Notes under the pieces: model-generated
Told to the model about the DNA's origin: nothing
The model's database searches: none
Seen by the model: the letters and a program-made list of their open reading frames with translations, nothing else
Part shown: piece after piece, positions 15,001-31,100 of the stretch
Layout of the letters: each line of letters starts with the position of its first letter
Numbering within the stretch: position 1 is the stretch's first letter
Program-made: the position numbers and the translations under genes
From: Eledone cirrhosa
Lineage: Eukaryota
Assembly: GCA_964016885.1 (NCBI GenBank)
Contig: OZ024743.1
Coordinates: 137,826,001-137,890,000 of the forward strand
DNA length: 64,000 nucleotides
Direction of reading: 5' to 3'

Positions 15001-17880
15001 GCACCAAACACCAAGAACCAAGCACCAAGCTCTAAACACCAAACACCAAGCACCAAGCACCAAACACCAAACACCAAACACCAAACACCAAACAGCAAAT
15101 GCCAAAAAGCAAACGCCAAACCCCAAACGCCAAACAGTAAATGCCAAACCCCAAACGCCAAACAGCAAACGCCAAGCGCCAAACGCCAAACACCAAGCGC
15201 CAAGCACCAAACACCAAACACCAAGCACCAAGCACCAAACACCAAACACCAAGCACCAAGTACCAAACACCAAACACCAAGCACCAAACACCAAACAGCA
15301 AACGCCAAAAAGCAAACGCCAAACCCCATACGCCAAACAGCAAATGCCAAACCCCAAACGCCAAACAGCAAACGCCAAGCACCGAACACCAAACACCAAG
15401 AACCAAGCACCAAGCACTAAACACCAAACACCAAGCACCAAGCACCAAACACCAAACACCAAGCACCAAGCACCGAGCACCAAACACCAAGAACCAAGCA
15501 CCAAGCACTAAACACCAAACACCAAGCACCAAGCACCAAACACCAAACACCAAGCACCAAACACCAAACAGCAAACGCCAAAAAGCAAACGCCAAACCCC
15601 ATACGCCAAACAGCAAATGCCAAACTCCAAACGCCAAACAGCAAACGCCAGGCACCAAACACCAAACACCAAGCGCCAAGCACCAAACACCAAACACCAA
15701 GCACCAAGCACCAAACACCAAACACCAAGCACCAATCTCCAAATACCAAGCACCAAGCGCCAAGCACCAAACACCAAACACCTAGCACCAAGCACCAAGC
15801 ACCAAACACCAAGCACCAAACACCAATCACCAAGCCCCAAGCACCAAACACCAAGCACCAAGCACCAAACACCAAACACCAAGCACCAAGCACCAAGGAC
15901 CAAGCACCAAACACCAAGCACCAAGCACCGAGCACCAAACACCAAGAACCAAGCACCAAGCCCTAAACACCAAACACCAAGCACCAAGCACCAAACACCA
16001 AACACCAAGCACCAAGTACAAAACTCCAAACACCAAACACCAAGCACCAAGCACCAAATCCCAAGCACCAAACACCAAGCACCAATCACCAAACACCAAG
16101 CGCCAAAGACCAAACACCAAGCACCAAGCACGAAACACCAAGCACCAAGCACCGAGCACCAAACACCAAGTACCAAGCACCAATCACCAAACACCAAGCA
16201 CCAAGCACCAAACACCAAACACCAAGCACCAAGCACCAAGCATCAAGCACCAAGCACCAAACACCAACCACCAAGCACCAAACACCAAACACAAAACAAC
16301 AAGTACCAAGCACCAAACACCAAACACCAAACACCAAACACCAAGCACCAAGCACAAGACACCAAGCACCAAGCACCAAGCACCAAGCACCAAAAACCAA
16401 GCACCAAGCTCCAAGCACCAAACACCAAGCACCAAACACCAAACACCAAGCACCAAGCACCAAACACCAAGCACCAAGCGCCAAACACCAAACACCAAGC
16501 ACCAAGCACCAAACACCAAGCACCAACCACCAAGCACCAAACACCAAGCACCAAGCACCAAGCACCAAGCACCAAGCACCAAACACCAAGCACCAAGCAC
16601 CAAACAGCAAACACCAAGCACCAAACACCAAATACCACGCACCAAGCAACAAACACCAAACACCAAGCACCAAACACCAAGCACCAAGCCCCAAGCACGA
16701 AACACCAAGCACCAAGCACGAAACACCAAGCACCAAGCACCAAGCACCATGCACCAAACACCAAGCACCAAGCACCAAACAGCAAACACCAAACAGCAAA
16801 CACCAAACAGCAAACACCAAACAGCAAACACCAAACAGCAAACGCCGAAAGCAAACGCCAAACTCCAAACGCCAAACAGCAAATGCCAAACCCAAACGCC
16901 AAACAGCAAACGCCAAGCACAAAACACCAAACACCAAGCGCCAAGCACCAAACACCAAACACCAAGCACCAAGCACCAAACACCAAACACCAAGCACCAA
17001 GTACCAAACACCAAACACCAAGCACCAAACACCAAACAGCAAACGCAAAAAAGCAAACGCCAAACCCCATACGCCAAACAGCAAATGCCAAACCCCAAAT
17101 GCCAAACGGCAAACGCCAAGCACCAAACACCAAACACCAAGCGCCAAGCACCAAACACCAAACACCAAGCACCAAGCACCAAACACCAAACACCAAGCAC
17201 CAATCACCAAACACCAAACACCAAGCGCCAAACACCAAACACCAAGCACCAAGCACCAAGCACCAAACACCAATCACCAAGCCCCAAGCACCAAACACCA
17301 AGCACCCAGCACCAAACACCAAACACCAAGCACCAAGCACCCAGAACAAAGCACCAAGCACCAAACACCAAACACCAAGCTCCAAGCACCAAACACCAAA
17401 CACCAAGCACCAAGCACCAAGCACCAAACACCAAACACCAAGCACCAATCACCAAACACCAAGCACCAAGCGCCAAACACCAAACACCAAACACCTAGCA
17501 CCAAGCACCAAGCACCGAACACCAAGCACCAAGCACCAAGCACCAAGCACCAAGCACCAAACACCAATCACCAAGCCCCAAGCACCAAACACCAAGCACC
17601 AAGCACCAAACACCAAACACCAAGCACCAAGCACCAAACACCAAACACCAAGCACCAAGCACCAAGCACCAAGCACCAAACACCATACACCAAACAGCAA
17701 ACGCCAAAAAGCAAACGCCAAACCCCATACGCCAAACAGCAAATGCCAAACCCCAAACGCCAAACAGCAAACGCCAAGCACCAAACACCAAACACCAAGC
17801 GCCAAGCACCAAACACCAAACACCAAGCACCAAGCACCAAACACCAAACACCAAGCACCAATCACCAAACACCAAGCACC
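2300..17880. repeat. ~7-kb block (~2.3-9.3 kb) repeated at ~11.0-17.9 kb (offset ~8.45-8.75 kb), built on a ~4.2-kb higher-order unit
   Basis: CAGTAAATGCC at 6401/15135. ORF pairs 6064/14798, 6155/14889, 6298/15032 and 6407/15141 are offset 8734; 3084/11691 is offset 8607. CGGCAAA at 4484, 8640, 13189 and 17107. Confidence 0.85.
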
Positions 17881-20640
17881 AAGCGCCAAGCACCAAACAC
17901 CAAACACCTAGCACCAAGCACCAAGCACCAAACACCAAGCACCAAACACCAATCACCAAGCCCCAAGCACCAAACACCAAGCACCAAGCACCAAACACCA
18001 AACACCAAGCACCAAGCACCAAGGACCAAGCACCAAACACCAAGCACCAAGCACCGAGCACCAAACACCAAGAACCAAGCACCAAGCACTAAACACCAAA
18101 CACCAAGCACCAAGCACCAAACACCAAACACCAAGCACCAAGTACAAAACTCCAAACACCAAACACCAAGCACCAAGCACCAAACACCAAGCACCAAGCA
18201 CCGAGCACCAAACACCAAGAACCAAGCACCAAGCACTAAACACCAAACACCAAGCACCAAGCACCAAACACCAAACACCAAGCACCAAACACCAAACAGC
18301 AAACGCCAAAAAGCAAACGCCAAACCCCATACGCCAAACAGCAAATGCCAAACTCCAAACGCCAAACAGCAAACGCCAGGCACCAAACACCAAACACCAA
18401 GCGCCAAGCACCAAACACCAAACACCAAGCACCAAGCACCAAACACCAAACACCAAGCACCAATCACCAAACACCAAGCACCAAGCGCCAAGCACCAAAC
18501 ACCAAACACCTAGCACCAAGCACCAAGCACCAAACACCAAGCACCAAACACCAATCACCAAGCCCCAAGCACCAAACACCAAGCACCAAGCACCAAACAC
18601 CAAACACCAAGCACCAAGCACCAAGGACCAAGCACCAAACACCAAGCACCAAGCACCGAGCACCAAACACCAAGAACCAAGCACCAAGCACTAAACACCA
18701 AACACCAAGCACCAAGCACCAAACACCAAACACCAAGCACCAAGTACAAAACTCCAAACACCAAACACCAAGCACCAAGCACCAAATCCCAAGCACCAAA
18801 CACCAAGCACCAATCACCAAACACCAAACACCAAGCACCAAGCACCAAACTCCAAAAACCAAGCACCAAACACCAAGCACCAAACACCAAGCACCAAGCG
18901 CCAAAGACCAAACACCAAGCACCAAGCACGAAACACCAAGCACCAAGCACCGAGCACCAAACACCAAGTACCAAGCACCAATCACCAAACACCAAGCACC
19001 AAGCACCAAACACCAAACACCAAGCACCAAGCACCAAGCATCAAGCACCAAGCACCAAACACCAACCACCAAGCACCAAACACCAAACACAAAACAACAA
19101 GTACCAAGCACCAAACACCAAACACCAAACACCAAACACCAAGCACCAAGCACAAGACACCAAGCACCAAGCACCAAGCACCAAGCACCAAAAACCAAGC
19201 ACCAAGCTCCAAGCACCAAACACCAAGCACCAAACACCAAACACCAAGCACCAAGCACCAAACACCAAGCACCAAGCGCCAAACACCAAACACCAAGCAC
19301 CAAGCACCAAACACCAAGCACCAACCACCAAGCACCAAACACCAAGCACCAAGCACCAAGCACCAAGCACCAAGCACCAAACACCAAGCACCAAGCACCA
19401 AACAGCAAACACCAAGCACCAAACACCAAATACCACGCACCAAGCAACAAACACCAAACACCAAGCACCAAACACCAAGCACCAAGCCCCAAGCACGAAA
19501 CACCAAGCACCAAGCACGAAACACCAAGCACCAAGCACCAAGCACCATGCACCAAACACCAAGCACCAAGCACCAAACAGCAAACACCAAACAGCAAACA
19601 CCAAACAGCAAACACCAAACAGCAAACACCAAACAGCAAACGCCAAAAAGCAAACGCCAAACTCCAAACGCCAAACAGCAAATGCCAAACCCAAACGCCA
19701 AACAGCAAACGCCAAGCACAAAACACCAAACACCAAGCGCCAAGCACCAAACACCAAACACCAAGCACCAAGCACCAAACACCAAACACCAAGCGCCAAA
19801 CACCAAACACCAAACACCTATCACCAAGCACCAAGCACCAAACACCAAGCACCAAACACCAAGCACCAAGCACCAAGCACCAAGCACCAAACACCAATCA
19901 CCAAGCCCCAAGCACCAAACACCAAGCACCCAGCACCAAACACCAAACACCAAGCACCAAGCACCCAGAACAAAGCACCAAGCACCAAACACCAAACACC
20001 AAGCTCCAAGCACCAAACACCAAACACCAAGCACCAAGCACCAAGCACCAAACACCAAACACCAAGCACCAATCACCAAACACCAAGCACCAAGCGCCAA
20101 ACACCAAACACCAAACACCTAGCACCAAGCACCAAGCACCGAACACCAAGCACCAAGCACCAAGCACCAAGCACCAAGCACCAAACACCAATCACCAAGC
20201 TCCAAGCACCAAACACCAAGCACCAAGCACCAAACACCAAACACCAAGCACCAAGCACCAAACACCAAACACCAAGCACCAAGCACCAAGCACCAAGCAC
20301 CAAACACCATACACCAAACAGCAAACGCCAAAAAGCAAACGCCAAACCCCATACGCCAAACAGCAAATGCCAAACCCCAAACGCCAAACAGCAAACGCCA
20401 AGCACCAAACACCAAACACCACGCGCCAAGCACCAAACACCAAACACCAAGCACCAAGCACCAAACACCAAACACCAAGCACCAATCACCAAACACCAAG
20501 CACCAAGCGCCAAGCACCAAACACCAAACACCTAGCACCAAGCACCAAGCACCAAACACCAAGCACCAAACACCAATCACCAAGCCCCAAGCACCAAACA
20601 CCAAGCACCAAGCACCAAACACCAAACACCAAGCACCAAG
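15450..20640. repeat. ~2.6-2.8-kb tandem duplication with a 602-bp duplication at the junction
   Basis: TACCACG seen at 16633 and 19431 (offset 2798). ORF pairs 15617/18345 (2728), 16749/19547 (2798) and 17568/20192 (2624). Pairs 17743/18345 and 17862/18464 are offset 602 (86x7). Confidence 0.85.
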
Positions 20641-21589
20641 CACCCAGAACCAAGCACCAAGCACCAAACACCAAGCACCAAGTACCGAGCACCAAACACC
20701 AAGAACCAAGCACCAAGCACTAAACACCAAACACCAAGCACCAAGCACCAAACACCAAACACCAAGCACCAAGTACCAAACTCCAAACACCAAACACCAA
20801 GCACCAAGCACCAAATCCCAAGCACCAAACACCAAGCACCAATCACCAAACACCAAACACCAAGCACCAAGCACCAAACTCCAAAAACCAAGCACCAAGC
20901 ACCAAGCACCAAACACCAAACGCCAAACACCAAACACCAAGTACCAAGCACCAAACACCAAGCACCAAGCGCCAAAGACCAAACACCAAGCACCAAGCAC
21001 GAAACACCAAGAACCAAGCACCGAGCACCAAACACCAAGTACCAAGCACCAATCACCAAACACCAAGCACCAAGCACCAAACACCAAACACCAAGCACCA
21101 AGCACCAAACACCAAGCACCAAGCCCCAAGCACCAAACAGCAAGCACCAAGCACCAAACACCAAACACCAAGCACCAAGCACTAAACACCAAACACCAAG
21201 CACCAAGCACCAAGCACCAAGCACTAAGCACCAAACACCAAGCACCAAGCACCAAGCACCAAGCACCAAGCACCAAACACCAAGCACCAAGCACCCAACA
21301 GCAAACACCAAGCACCAAACACCAAACACCAAGCACCAAGCACCAAACACCAAACACCAAACACCAAGCACCAAGCCCCAAGCACCAAACACCAAGCACC
21401 AAGCACCAAACACCAAGCACGAAGCACCAAGCACCATGCACCAAACACCAAGCACCAAGCACCAAACAGCAAACACCAAACAGCAAACACCAAACACCAA
21501 ACACCAACCAGCAAACACCAAACACCAAACACCAAACAGCAAACACCAAACAGCAAACACCAAACAGCAAACACCAAACAGCAAACACC

Positions 21590-21960
21590 AAACAGCAAAC
21601 GCCAAGCGCCAAACGCCAAACACCAAGCGCCAAGCACCAAACACCAAACACCAAGCACCAAGCACCAAACACCAAACACCAAGCACCAAGTACCAAACAC
21701 CAAACACCAAGCACCAAACACCAAACAGCAAACACCAAAAAGCAAATGCCAAACCCCATACGCCAAACAGCAAACGCCAAGCGCCAAACGCCAAACACCA
21801 AGCGCCAAGCACCAAACACCAAACACCAAGCACCAAGCACCAAACACCAAACACCAAGCACCAAGTACCAAACACCAAACACCAAGCACCAAACACCAAA
21901 CAGCAAACACCAAAAAGCAAATGCCAAACCCCATACGCCAAACAGCAAATGCCAAACCCC
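21590..21960. repeat. 175-bp local tandem duplication
   Basis: GCCAAGCGCCAAACGCC...TACCAAA...AAGCAAATGCCAAACCCCATACGCC occurs twice. ORF starts 21746/21921 differ by 175 (25x7). Confidence 0.8.
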
Positions 21961-24900
21961 AAACGCCAAACAGCAAACGCCAAGCACCGAACACCAAACA
22001 CCAAGCGCCAAGCACCAAACACCAAACACCAAGCACCAAGCACCAAACACCAAACACCAAGCACCAATCACCAAACACCAAGCACCAAGCGCCAAGCACC
22101 AAACACCAAACACCTAGCACCAAGCACCAAGTACCAAACACCAATCACCAAGCCCCAAGCACCAAACACCAAGCACCAAGCACCAAACACCAAACACCAA
22201 GCACCAAGCACCCAGAACCAAGCACCAAGCACCAAACACCAAGCACCAAGCACCGAGCACCAAACACCAAGAACCAAGCACCAAGCACTAAACACCAAAC
22301 ACCAAGCACCAAGCACCAAACACCAAACACCAAGCACCAAACACCAAACAGCAAACGCCAAAAAGCAAACGCCAAACCCCATACGCCAAACAGCAAATGC
22401 CAAACCCCAAACGCCAAACAGCAAACGCCAGGCACCAAACACCAAACACCAAGCGCCAAGCACCAAACACCAAACACCAAGCACCAAGCACCAAACACCA
22501 AACACCAAGCACCAATCACCAAACACCAAGCACCGAGCGCCAAGCACCAAACACCAAACACCTAGCACCAAGCACCAAGCACCAAACACCAAGCACCAAA
22601 CACCAATCACCAAGCCCCAAGCACCAAACACCAAGCACCAAACACCAAACACCAAGCACCAAGCACCAAGGACCAAGCACCAAACACCAAGCACCAAGCA
22701 CCGAGCACCAAACACCAAGAACCAAGCACCAAGCACTAAACACCAAACACCAAGCACCAAGCACCAAACACCAAACACCAAGCACCAAGTACCAAACTCC
22801 AAACACCAAACACCAAGCACCAAGCACCAAATCCCAAGCACCAAACACCAAGCACCACTCACCAAACACCAAACACCAAGCACCAAGCACCAAACTCCAA
22901 AAACCAAGCACCAAGCACCAAGCACCAAACACCAAACGCCAAACACCAAACACCAAGTACCAAGCACCAAACACCAAGCACCAAGCGCCAAAGACCAAAC
23001 ACCAAGCACCAAGCACGAAACACCAAGCACCAAGCACCGAGCACCAAACACCAAGTACCAAGCACCAAACACCAAACACCAAGCACCAAGCACCAAACAC
23101 CAAACACCAAGCACCAAGTACCAAACACCAAACACCAAACACCAAACACCAAACAGCAAACGCCAAAAAGCAAACGCCAAACTCCAAACGCCAAACAACA
23201 AACGCCAAGGACCAAACACCAAACACCAAGCGCCAAGCACCAAACACCAAACACCAAGCACCAAGCACCAAACACCAAACACCAAGGACCAATCACCAAA
23301 CACCAAGCACCAAACACGAAGCACCAAACACCAAGCACCAAGTACCAAGCGCCAAACACCAAACACCAAACACCTAGCACCAAGCACCAAGCACCAAACA
23401 CCAAGCACCAAACACCAAGCACCAAGCACCAAGCACCAAGCACCCAGCACCATACACCAAACACCAAGCACCAAGCACCCAGAACAAAGCACCAAGCACC
23501 AAACACCAAACACCAAGCTCCAAGCACCAAACACCAAACACCAAGCACCAAGCACCAAGCACCAAGCACCAAACACCAAACACCAAGCACCAAGCACCAA
23601 ACACCAAACACCAAGCACCAAACACCAAACACCTAGCACCAAGCACCAAGCACCGAACACCAAGCACCAAACATCAAGCACCAAGCACCAAGCACCAAGC
23701 ACCAAGCACCAAACACCAATCACCAAGCCCCAAGCACCAAACACCAAGCACCAAGCACCAAACACCAAACACCAAGCACCAAGCACCCAGAACCAAGCAC
23801 CAAGCACCAAACACCAAACACCAAGCACCAAGCACCAAACCCCAAACACCAAGCACCAAGCACCAAGCACCAAGCACCAAACACCATACACCAAGCACCA
23901 AGCACCAAACACCAAAAACCAATCACCAAGCACCAAAGAGCAAACACTAAACACCAAACACCAAATAGCAAACACCAAACACCAAATAGCAAACACCAAA
24001 CACCAACCAGGAAACACCAAACAGCAAACACCAAACAGCAAACGCCAAACAGCAAACACAAACACCAAACACCAAACACCAAGCACCAAGCACCAAGCAC
24101 AAAACCCCAAGCACCAAGCGCCAAGCACCAAACACCAAACACCAAACAGCAAACAGCAAACACCAATCACCAAAAACCAGACACCAAACACCAAGCAACA
24201 AGCACCAATCACCAAGCACCAAGCACTAAACACCAAACACCTAGCACCAAGCACCAAGCACCAAACACCAAGCACCAAGCACCAAGCACCAAACACCAAG
24301 CACCAAAGACCAAGCCCCAAATACCAAGCACCAAGCACCAAACACTAATCACCAGGGACCAAGCACCAAACACCAAGAACCAAGCACCAAGCACTAAACA
24401 CCAAACACCAAGCACCAAGCACCAAACACCAAACACCAAGCACCAAGTACCAAACTCCAAACACCAAACACCAAGCACCAAGCACCAAATCCCAAGCACC
24501 AAACACCAAGCACCAATCACCAAACACCAAACACCAAGCACCAAGCACCAAACACCAAAAACCAAGCACCAAGCACCAAGCACCAAACAGCAAACGCCAA
24601 ACACCGAACACCAAGTACCAAGCACCAAACACCAAGCACCAAGCGCCAAAGACCAAACACCAAGCACCAAGCATGAAACACCAAGCACCAAGCACCGAGC
24701 ACCAAACACCAAGTACCAAGCACCAATCACCAAACACCAAGCACCAAACACCAAACACCAAACAGCAAGCACCAAGCACCAAACACCAAACACCAAGCAC
24801 CAAGCACCACACACCAACTACCAAGCACCAAGCACTAAACAGCAAACACCAAGCACCAAGCACCAAGCATCAAGCACCAAGCACCAAACACCAAGCACCA

Positions 24901-25199
24901 AGCACCAAGCACCAAACATAAAACAACAAGTACCAAGCACCAAACACCAAACACCAAACACCAAACACCAAGCACAAAGCACCAAACACCAAACACCAAG
25001 CACCAAGCACCAGACACCAAGCACCAAGCACCAAGCACCAAGCACCAAAAACCAAGCACCAAGCACCAAGGACCAAACACCAAGCACCAAACACCAAACA
25101 CCAAGCACCAAGCACCAAACACCAAACACCAAGCACCAAACACCAAACACCAAGCACCAATCACCAAACACCAAGCACCAAGCGCCAAACACCAAACAC

Positions 25200-28100
25200 C
25201 AAACACCTAGCACCAAGCACCAAGCACCGAACACCAAGCACCAAACACCAAGCACCAAGCACCAAGCACCAAGCACCAAGCACCAAACACCAATCACCAA
25301 GCCCGAAGCACCAAACACGAAGCACCAAGCACTAAACACCAAACACCAAGCACCATGCACCCAGAACCAAGCACCAAGCACCAAACACCAAGCACCAAGC
25401 ACCAAACACCAAACACCAAGCACCAAGCACCAAGCACCAAACACCATACACCAAGCACCAAGCACCAAACACCAAAAACCAATCACCAAGCACCAAAGAG
25501 CAAACACCAAGCCCCAAGCACCAAACACCAAACACCAAACACCAAACAGCAAACACTAAACACCAAACACCAAACAGCAAACACGAAACACCAAATAGCA
25601 AACACCAAACACCAACCAGGAAACACCAAACAGCAAACACCAAACAGCAAACGCCAAACAGCAAACATAAACAGCAAACACCAAACACCAAGTACCAAGC
25701 ACCAAGCACAAAACACCAAGCAACAAGCGCCAAGCACCAAACACCAAACACCAAACACCAAACAGCAAACACCAATCACCAAACACCAGACACCAAACAC
25801 CAAACAGCAAACACCAAACACCAAACAGCAAACACCAAACACCAAACACCAAACAGCAAACACGAAACAGCAAACACCAAACAACAAACACCAAACAGCA
25901 AACACCAAACAGCAAGCACCAAACACCAAACACCAAACACCAAGCACCAAGCACCAAACACCAAGCACCAAGCAACAAGCACCAATCACCAAGCACCAAG
26001 CACTAAACACCAAACACCTAGCACCAAGCACCAAGCACCAAACACCAAGCACCAAGCACCAAGCACCAAACACCAAGCACCAAAGACCAAGCCCCAAATA
26101 CCAAGCACCAAGCACCAAACACCAGTCACCAGGCACCAAGCACCAAACACCAACAACCAAGCACCAAGCACTAAACACCAAACACCAAGCACCAAGCACC
26201 GAACACCAAACACCAAGCACCAAGTACCAAACTCCAAACACCAAACACCAAGCACGAAGCACCAAATCCCAAGCACCAAACACCAAGCACCAATCAACAA
26301 ACACCAAACACCAAGCACCAAGCACCAAACACCAAAAACCAAGCACCAAGCACCAAGCACCAAACACCAAACACCGAACACCAAGTACCAAGCACCAAAC
26401 ACCAAGCACCAGGCGCCAAAGACCAAACACCAAGCACCAAGCACGAAACACCAAGCACCAAGCACCGAGCACCAAACACCAAGTACCAGGCACCAATCAA
26501 CAAACACCAAGCACCAAGCACCAAATACCAGACAGCAAGCACCAAGCACCAAACACCAAACACCAAGCACCAAGCACCAAACACCAAGCACCAAGCGCCA
26601 AACACCAAACACCAAGCACCAAGCACCAAACACCAAGCACCAACCACCAAGCACCAAACACCAAGCACCAAGCACCAAACACCAAGCACCAATCACCAAA
26701 CAGCAAACACCAAGCACCAAACACCAAACACCAAGCACCAAGCACCAAACACCAAGCACCAAGCACCAAACACCAAGCACCAAGCACCAAACACCAAAAA
26801 CCAATCACCAAGCACCAAAGAGCAAACACCAAGCCCCGAGCACCAAACACCAAACACCAAACACCAAATAGCAAACACTAAACACCAAACACCAAACAGC
26901 AAACACAAAACACCAAATAGCAAATACCAAACAGCAAACACCAAACACCAAACAGCAAACACCAAACACCAACCAGGAAACACCAAACACCAAGCACCAA
27001 ACACCAAGCACCAAGCCCCAAGCACCAAACACCAAGCACCAAGCACCAAATACCAAGCACCAAGCACCATGCACCAAACACCTAGCACCAAGCACCAAAC
27101 AGCAAACACCAAATAGCAAACACCAAACACCAACCAGCGAACACCAAGCACCAAACACCAAACACCAAGCACCTAGCACCAAACACCAAACACCAAGCAC
27201 CAAGCACCACACACCAAATACCAAGCACCAAGCACTAAACACCAAACACCAAGCACCAAGCACCAATCACCAAGCACCAAGCACTAAACACCAAACACCT
27301 AGCACCAAGCACCAAGCACCAAACACCAAGCACCAAGCACCAAGCACCAAACACCAAGCACCAAAGACCAATCCCCAAATACCAAGCACCAAGCACCAAA
27401 CACTAATCACCAGGGACCAAGCACCAAACACCAAGAACCAAGCACCAAGCACTAAACACTAAACACCAAGCACCAAGCACCAAACACCAAACAGCAAGCA
27501 CCAAACACCAAGCACCAATCACCAAACACCAAACACCAAGCACCAAGCACCAAACACCAAAAACCAAGCACCAAGCACCAAGCACCAAACACCAAGCACC
27601 AAGCACCAAACACCAAACAGCAAGCACCAAGCACCAAACACAAAACACCAAGCACCAAGCACCACACACCAACTACCAAGCACCAAGCACTAAACACCAA
27701 ACACCAAGCACCAATCACCAAGCATCAAGCACCAAGCACCAAACACCAAGCACCAAGCACCAAGCACCAAACATAAAACAACAAGTACCAAGCACCAAAC
27801 ACCAAACACCAAACACCAAACACCAAGCACAAAGCACCAAACACCAAACACCAAGCACCAAGCACCAGACACCAAGCACCAAGCACCAAGCACCAAAAAC
27901 CAAGCACCAAGCACCAAGGACCAAACACCAAGCACCAAACACCAAACACCAAGCACCAAGCACCAAACACCAAACACCAAGCACCAAACACCAAACACCA
28001 AGCACCAATCACCAAACACCAAGCACCAAGCGCCAAACACCAAACACCAAACACCTAGCACCAAGCACCAAGCACCGAATCACAAGCACCAAACACCAAG

Positions 28101-31100
28101 CACCAAGCACCAAGCACCAAGCACCAAGCACCAAACACCAATCACCAAGCCCGAAGCACCAAACACGAAGCACCAAGCACCAAACACCAAACACCAAGCA
28201 CCATGCACCCAGAACCAAGCACCAAGCACCAAACACCAAACACCAAGCACCAAGCACCAATCACCAAACACCAAGCACCAAACACCAAGCACCAAGCACC
28301 AAACACCATACACCAAGCACCAAGCACCAAACACCAAAAACCAATCACCAAGCACCAAAGAGCAAACACCAAGCCCCAAGCACCAAACACCAAACACCAA
28401 ACACCAAACAGCAAACACTAAACACCAAACACCAAACAGCAAACACGAAACACCAAATAGCAAACACCAAACACCAACCAGGAAACACCAAACAGCAAAC
28501 ACCAAACAGCAAACGCCAAACAGCAAACATAAACACCAAACACCAAACACCAAGCACCAAGCACCAAGCACAAAACACCAAGCAACAAGCGCCAAGCACC
28601 AAACGCCAAACACCAAACACCAAACAGCAAACACCAATCACCAAACACCAAACACCAAACACCAAACAGCAAACACGAAACAGCAAACACCAAACAGTAA
28701 ACACCAAACAGCAAACACCAAACACCAAGCACCAGGCACCACACACCAAATACCAAGCACCAAGCACTAAACACCAAACACCAAGCACCAAGCACCAATC
28801 ACCAAGCACCAAGCACTAAACACCAAACACCTAGCACCAAGCACCAAGCACCAAACACCAAGCACCAAGCACCAAGCACCAAACACCAAGCACCAAAGAC
28901 CAATCCCCAAATACCAAGCACCAAGCACCAAACACTAATCACCAGGGACCAAGCACCAAACACCCAGAACCAAGCACCAAGCACTAAACACTAAACACCA
29001 AGCACCAAGCACCAAACACCAAACACCAAGCACCAAGTACCAAACTCCAAACACCAAACACCAAGCACCAAGCACCAAATCCCAAGCACCAAACACCAAG
29101 CACCAATCACCAAACACCAAACACCAAGCACCAAGCACCAAACACCAAAAACCAAGCACCAAGCACCAAGCACCAAACACCAAGCACCAAGCACCAAACA
29201 CCAAACAGCAAGCACCAAGCACCAAACACCAAACACCAAGCACCAAGCACCACACACCAACTACCAAGCACCAAGCACTAAACACCAAACACCAAGCACC
29301 AAGCACCAAGCATCAAGCACCAAGCACCAAACACCAAGCACCAAGCACCAAGCACCAAACATAAAACAACAAGTACCAAGCACCAAACACCAAACACCAA
29401 ACACCAAACACCAAGCACAAAGCACCAAACACCAAACACCAAGCACCAAGCACCAGACACCAAGCACCAAGCACCAAGCACCAAGCACCAAAAACCAAGC
29501 ACCAAGCACCAAGGACCAAACACCAAGCACCAAACACCAAACACCAAGCACCAAGCACCAAACACCAAACACCAAGCACCAAACACCAAACACCAAGCAC
29601 CAATCACCAAACACCAATCACCAAGCGCCAAACACCAAACACCAAACACCTAGCACCAAGCACCAAGCACCGAATCCCAAGCACCAAACACCAAGCACCA
29701 AGCACCAAGCACCAAGCACCAAGCACCAAACACCAATCACCAAGCCCGAAGCACCAAACACGAAGCACCAAGCACCAAACACCAAACACCAAGCACCATG
29801 CACCCAGAACCAAGAACCAAGCACCAAACACCAAACACCAAGCACCAAGCACCAATCACCAAACACCAAGCACCAAACACCAAGCACCAAGCACCAAACA
29901 CCATACACCAAGCACCAAGCACCAAACACCAAAAACCAATCACCAAGCACCAAAGAGCAAACACCAAGCCCCAAGCACCAAACACCAAACACCAAACACC
30001 AAACAGCAAACACTAAACACCAAACACCAAACAGCAAACACGAAACACCAAATAGCAAACACCAAACACCAACCAGGAAACACCAAACAGCAAACACCAA
30101 ACAGCAAACGCCAAGCACCAAACGCCAAACACCAAACACCAAACAGCAAACACCAGTCACCAAACACCAAACACCAAACACCAAACAGCAAACACGAAAC
30201 AGCAAACACCAAACAGTAAACACCAAACAGCAAACACCAAACAGCAAACACCAAACACCAAACACCAAACACCAAGCACCAAGCACCAAACACCAAGCAC
30301 CAAGCAACAAGCACCAATCACCAAGCACCAAGCACTAAACACCAAACACCTAGCACCAATCACCAAGCACCAAACACCAAGCACCAAGCACCAAGCACCA
30401 AGCACCAAACACCAAGCACCAAAGACCAAGCCCCAAATACCAAGCACCAAGCACCAAACACCAGTCACCAGGCACCAAACACCAAACACCAACAACCAAG
30501 CACCAAGCACTAAACACCAAACACCAAGCACCAAGCACCAAACACCAAACACCAAGCACCAAGTACCAAACTCCAAACACCAAACACCAAGCACCAAGCA
30601 CCAAATCCCAAGCACCAAACACCAGGCACCAATCACCAAACACCAAACACCAAGCACCAAGCACCAAACACCCAAAACCAAGCACCAAGCACCAAGCACC
30701 AAACACCAAACACTGAACACCAAGTACCAAGCACCAAACACCAAGCACCAAGCGCCAAAGACCAAACACCAAGCACCAAGCACGAAACACCAAGCACCAA
30801 GCACCGAGCACCAAACACCAAGTACCAGGCACCAATCAACAAACACCAAGCACCAAGCACCAAATACCAGACAGCAAGCACCAAGCACCAAACACCAAAC
30901 ACCAAGCACCAAACACCAAACACCTAGCACCAAGCACCAAGCACCGAATCCCAAGCACCAAACACCAAGCACCAAGCACCAAGCACCAAGCACCAAGCAC
31001 CAAACACCAATCACCAAGCCCGAAGCACCAAACACGAAGCACCAAGCACCAAACACCAAACACCAAGCACCATGCACCCAGAACCAAGCACCAAGCACCA

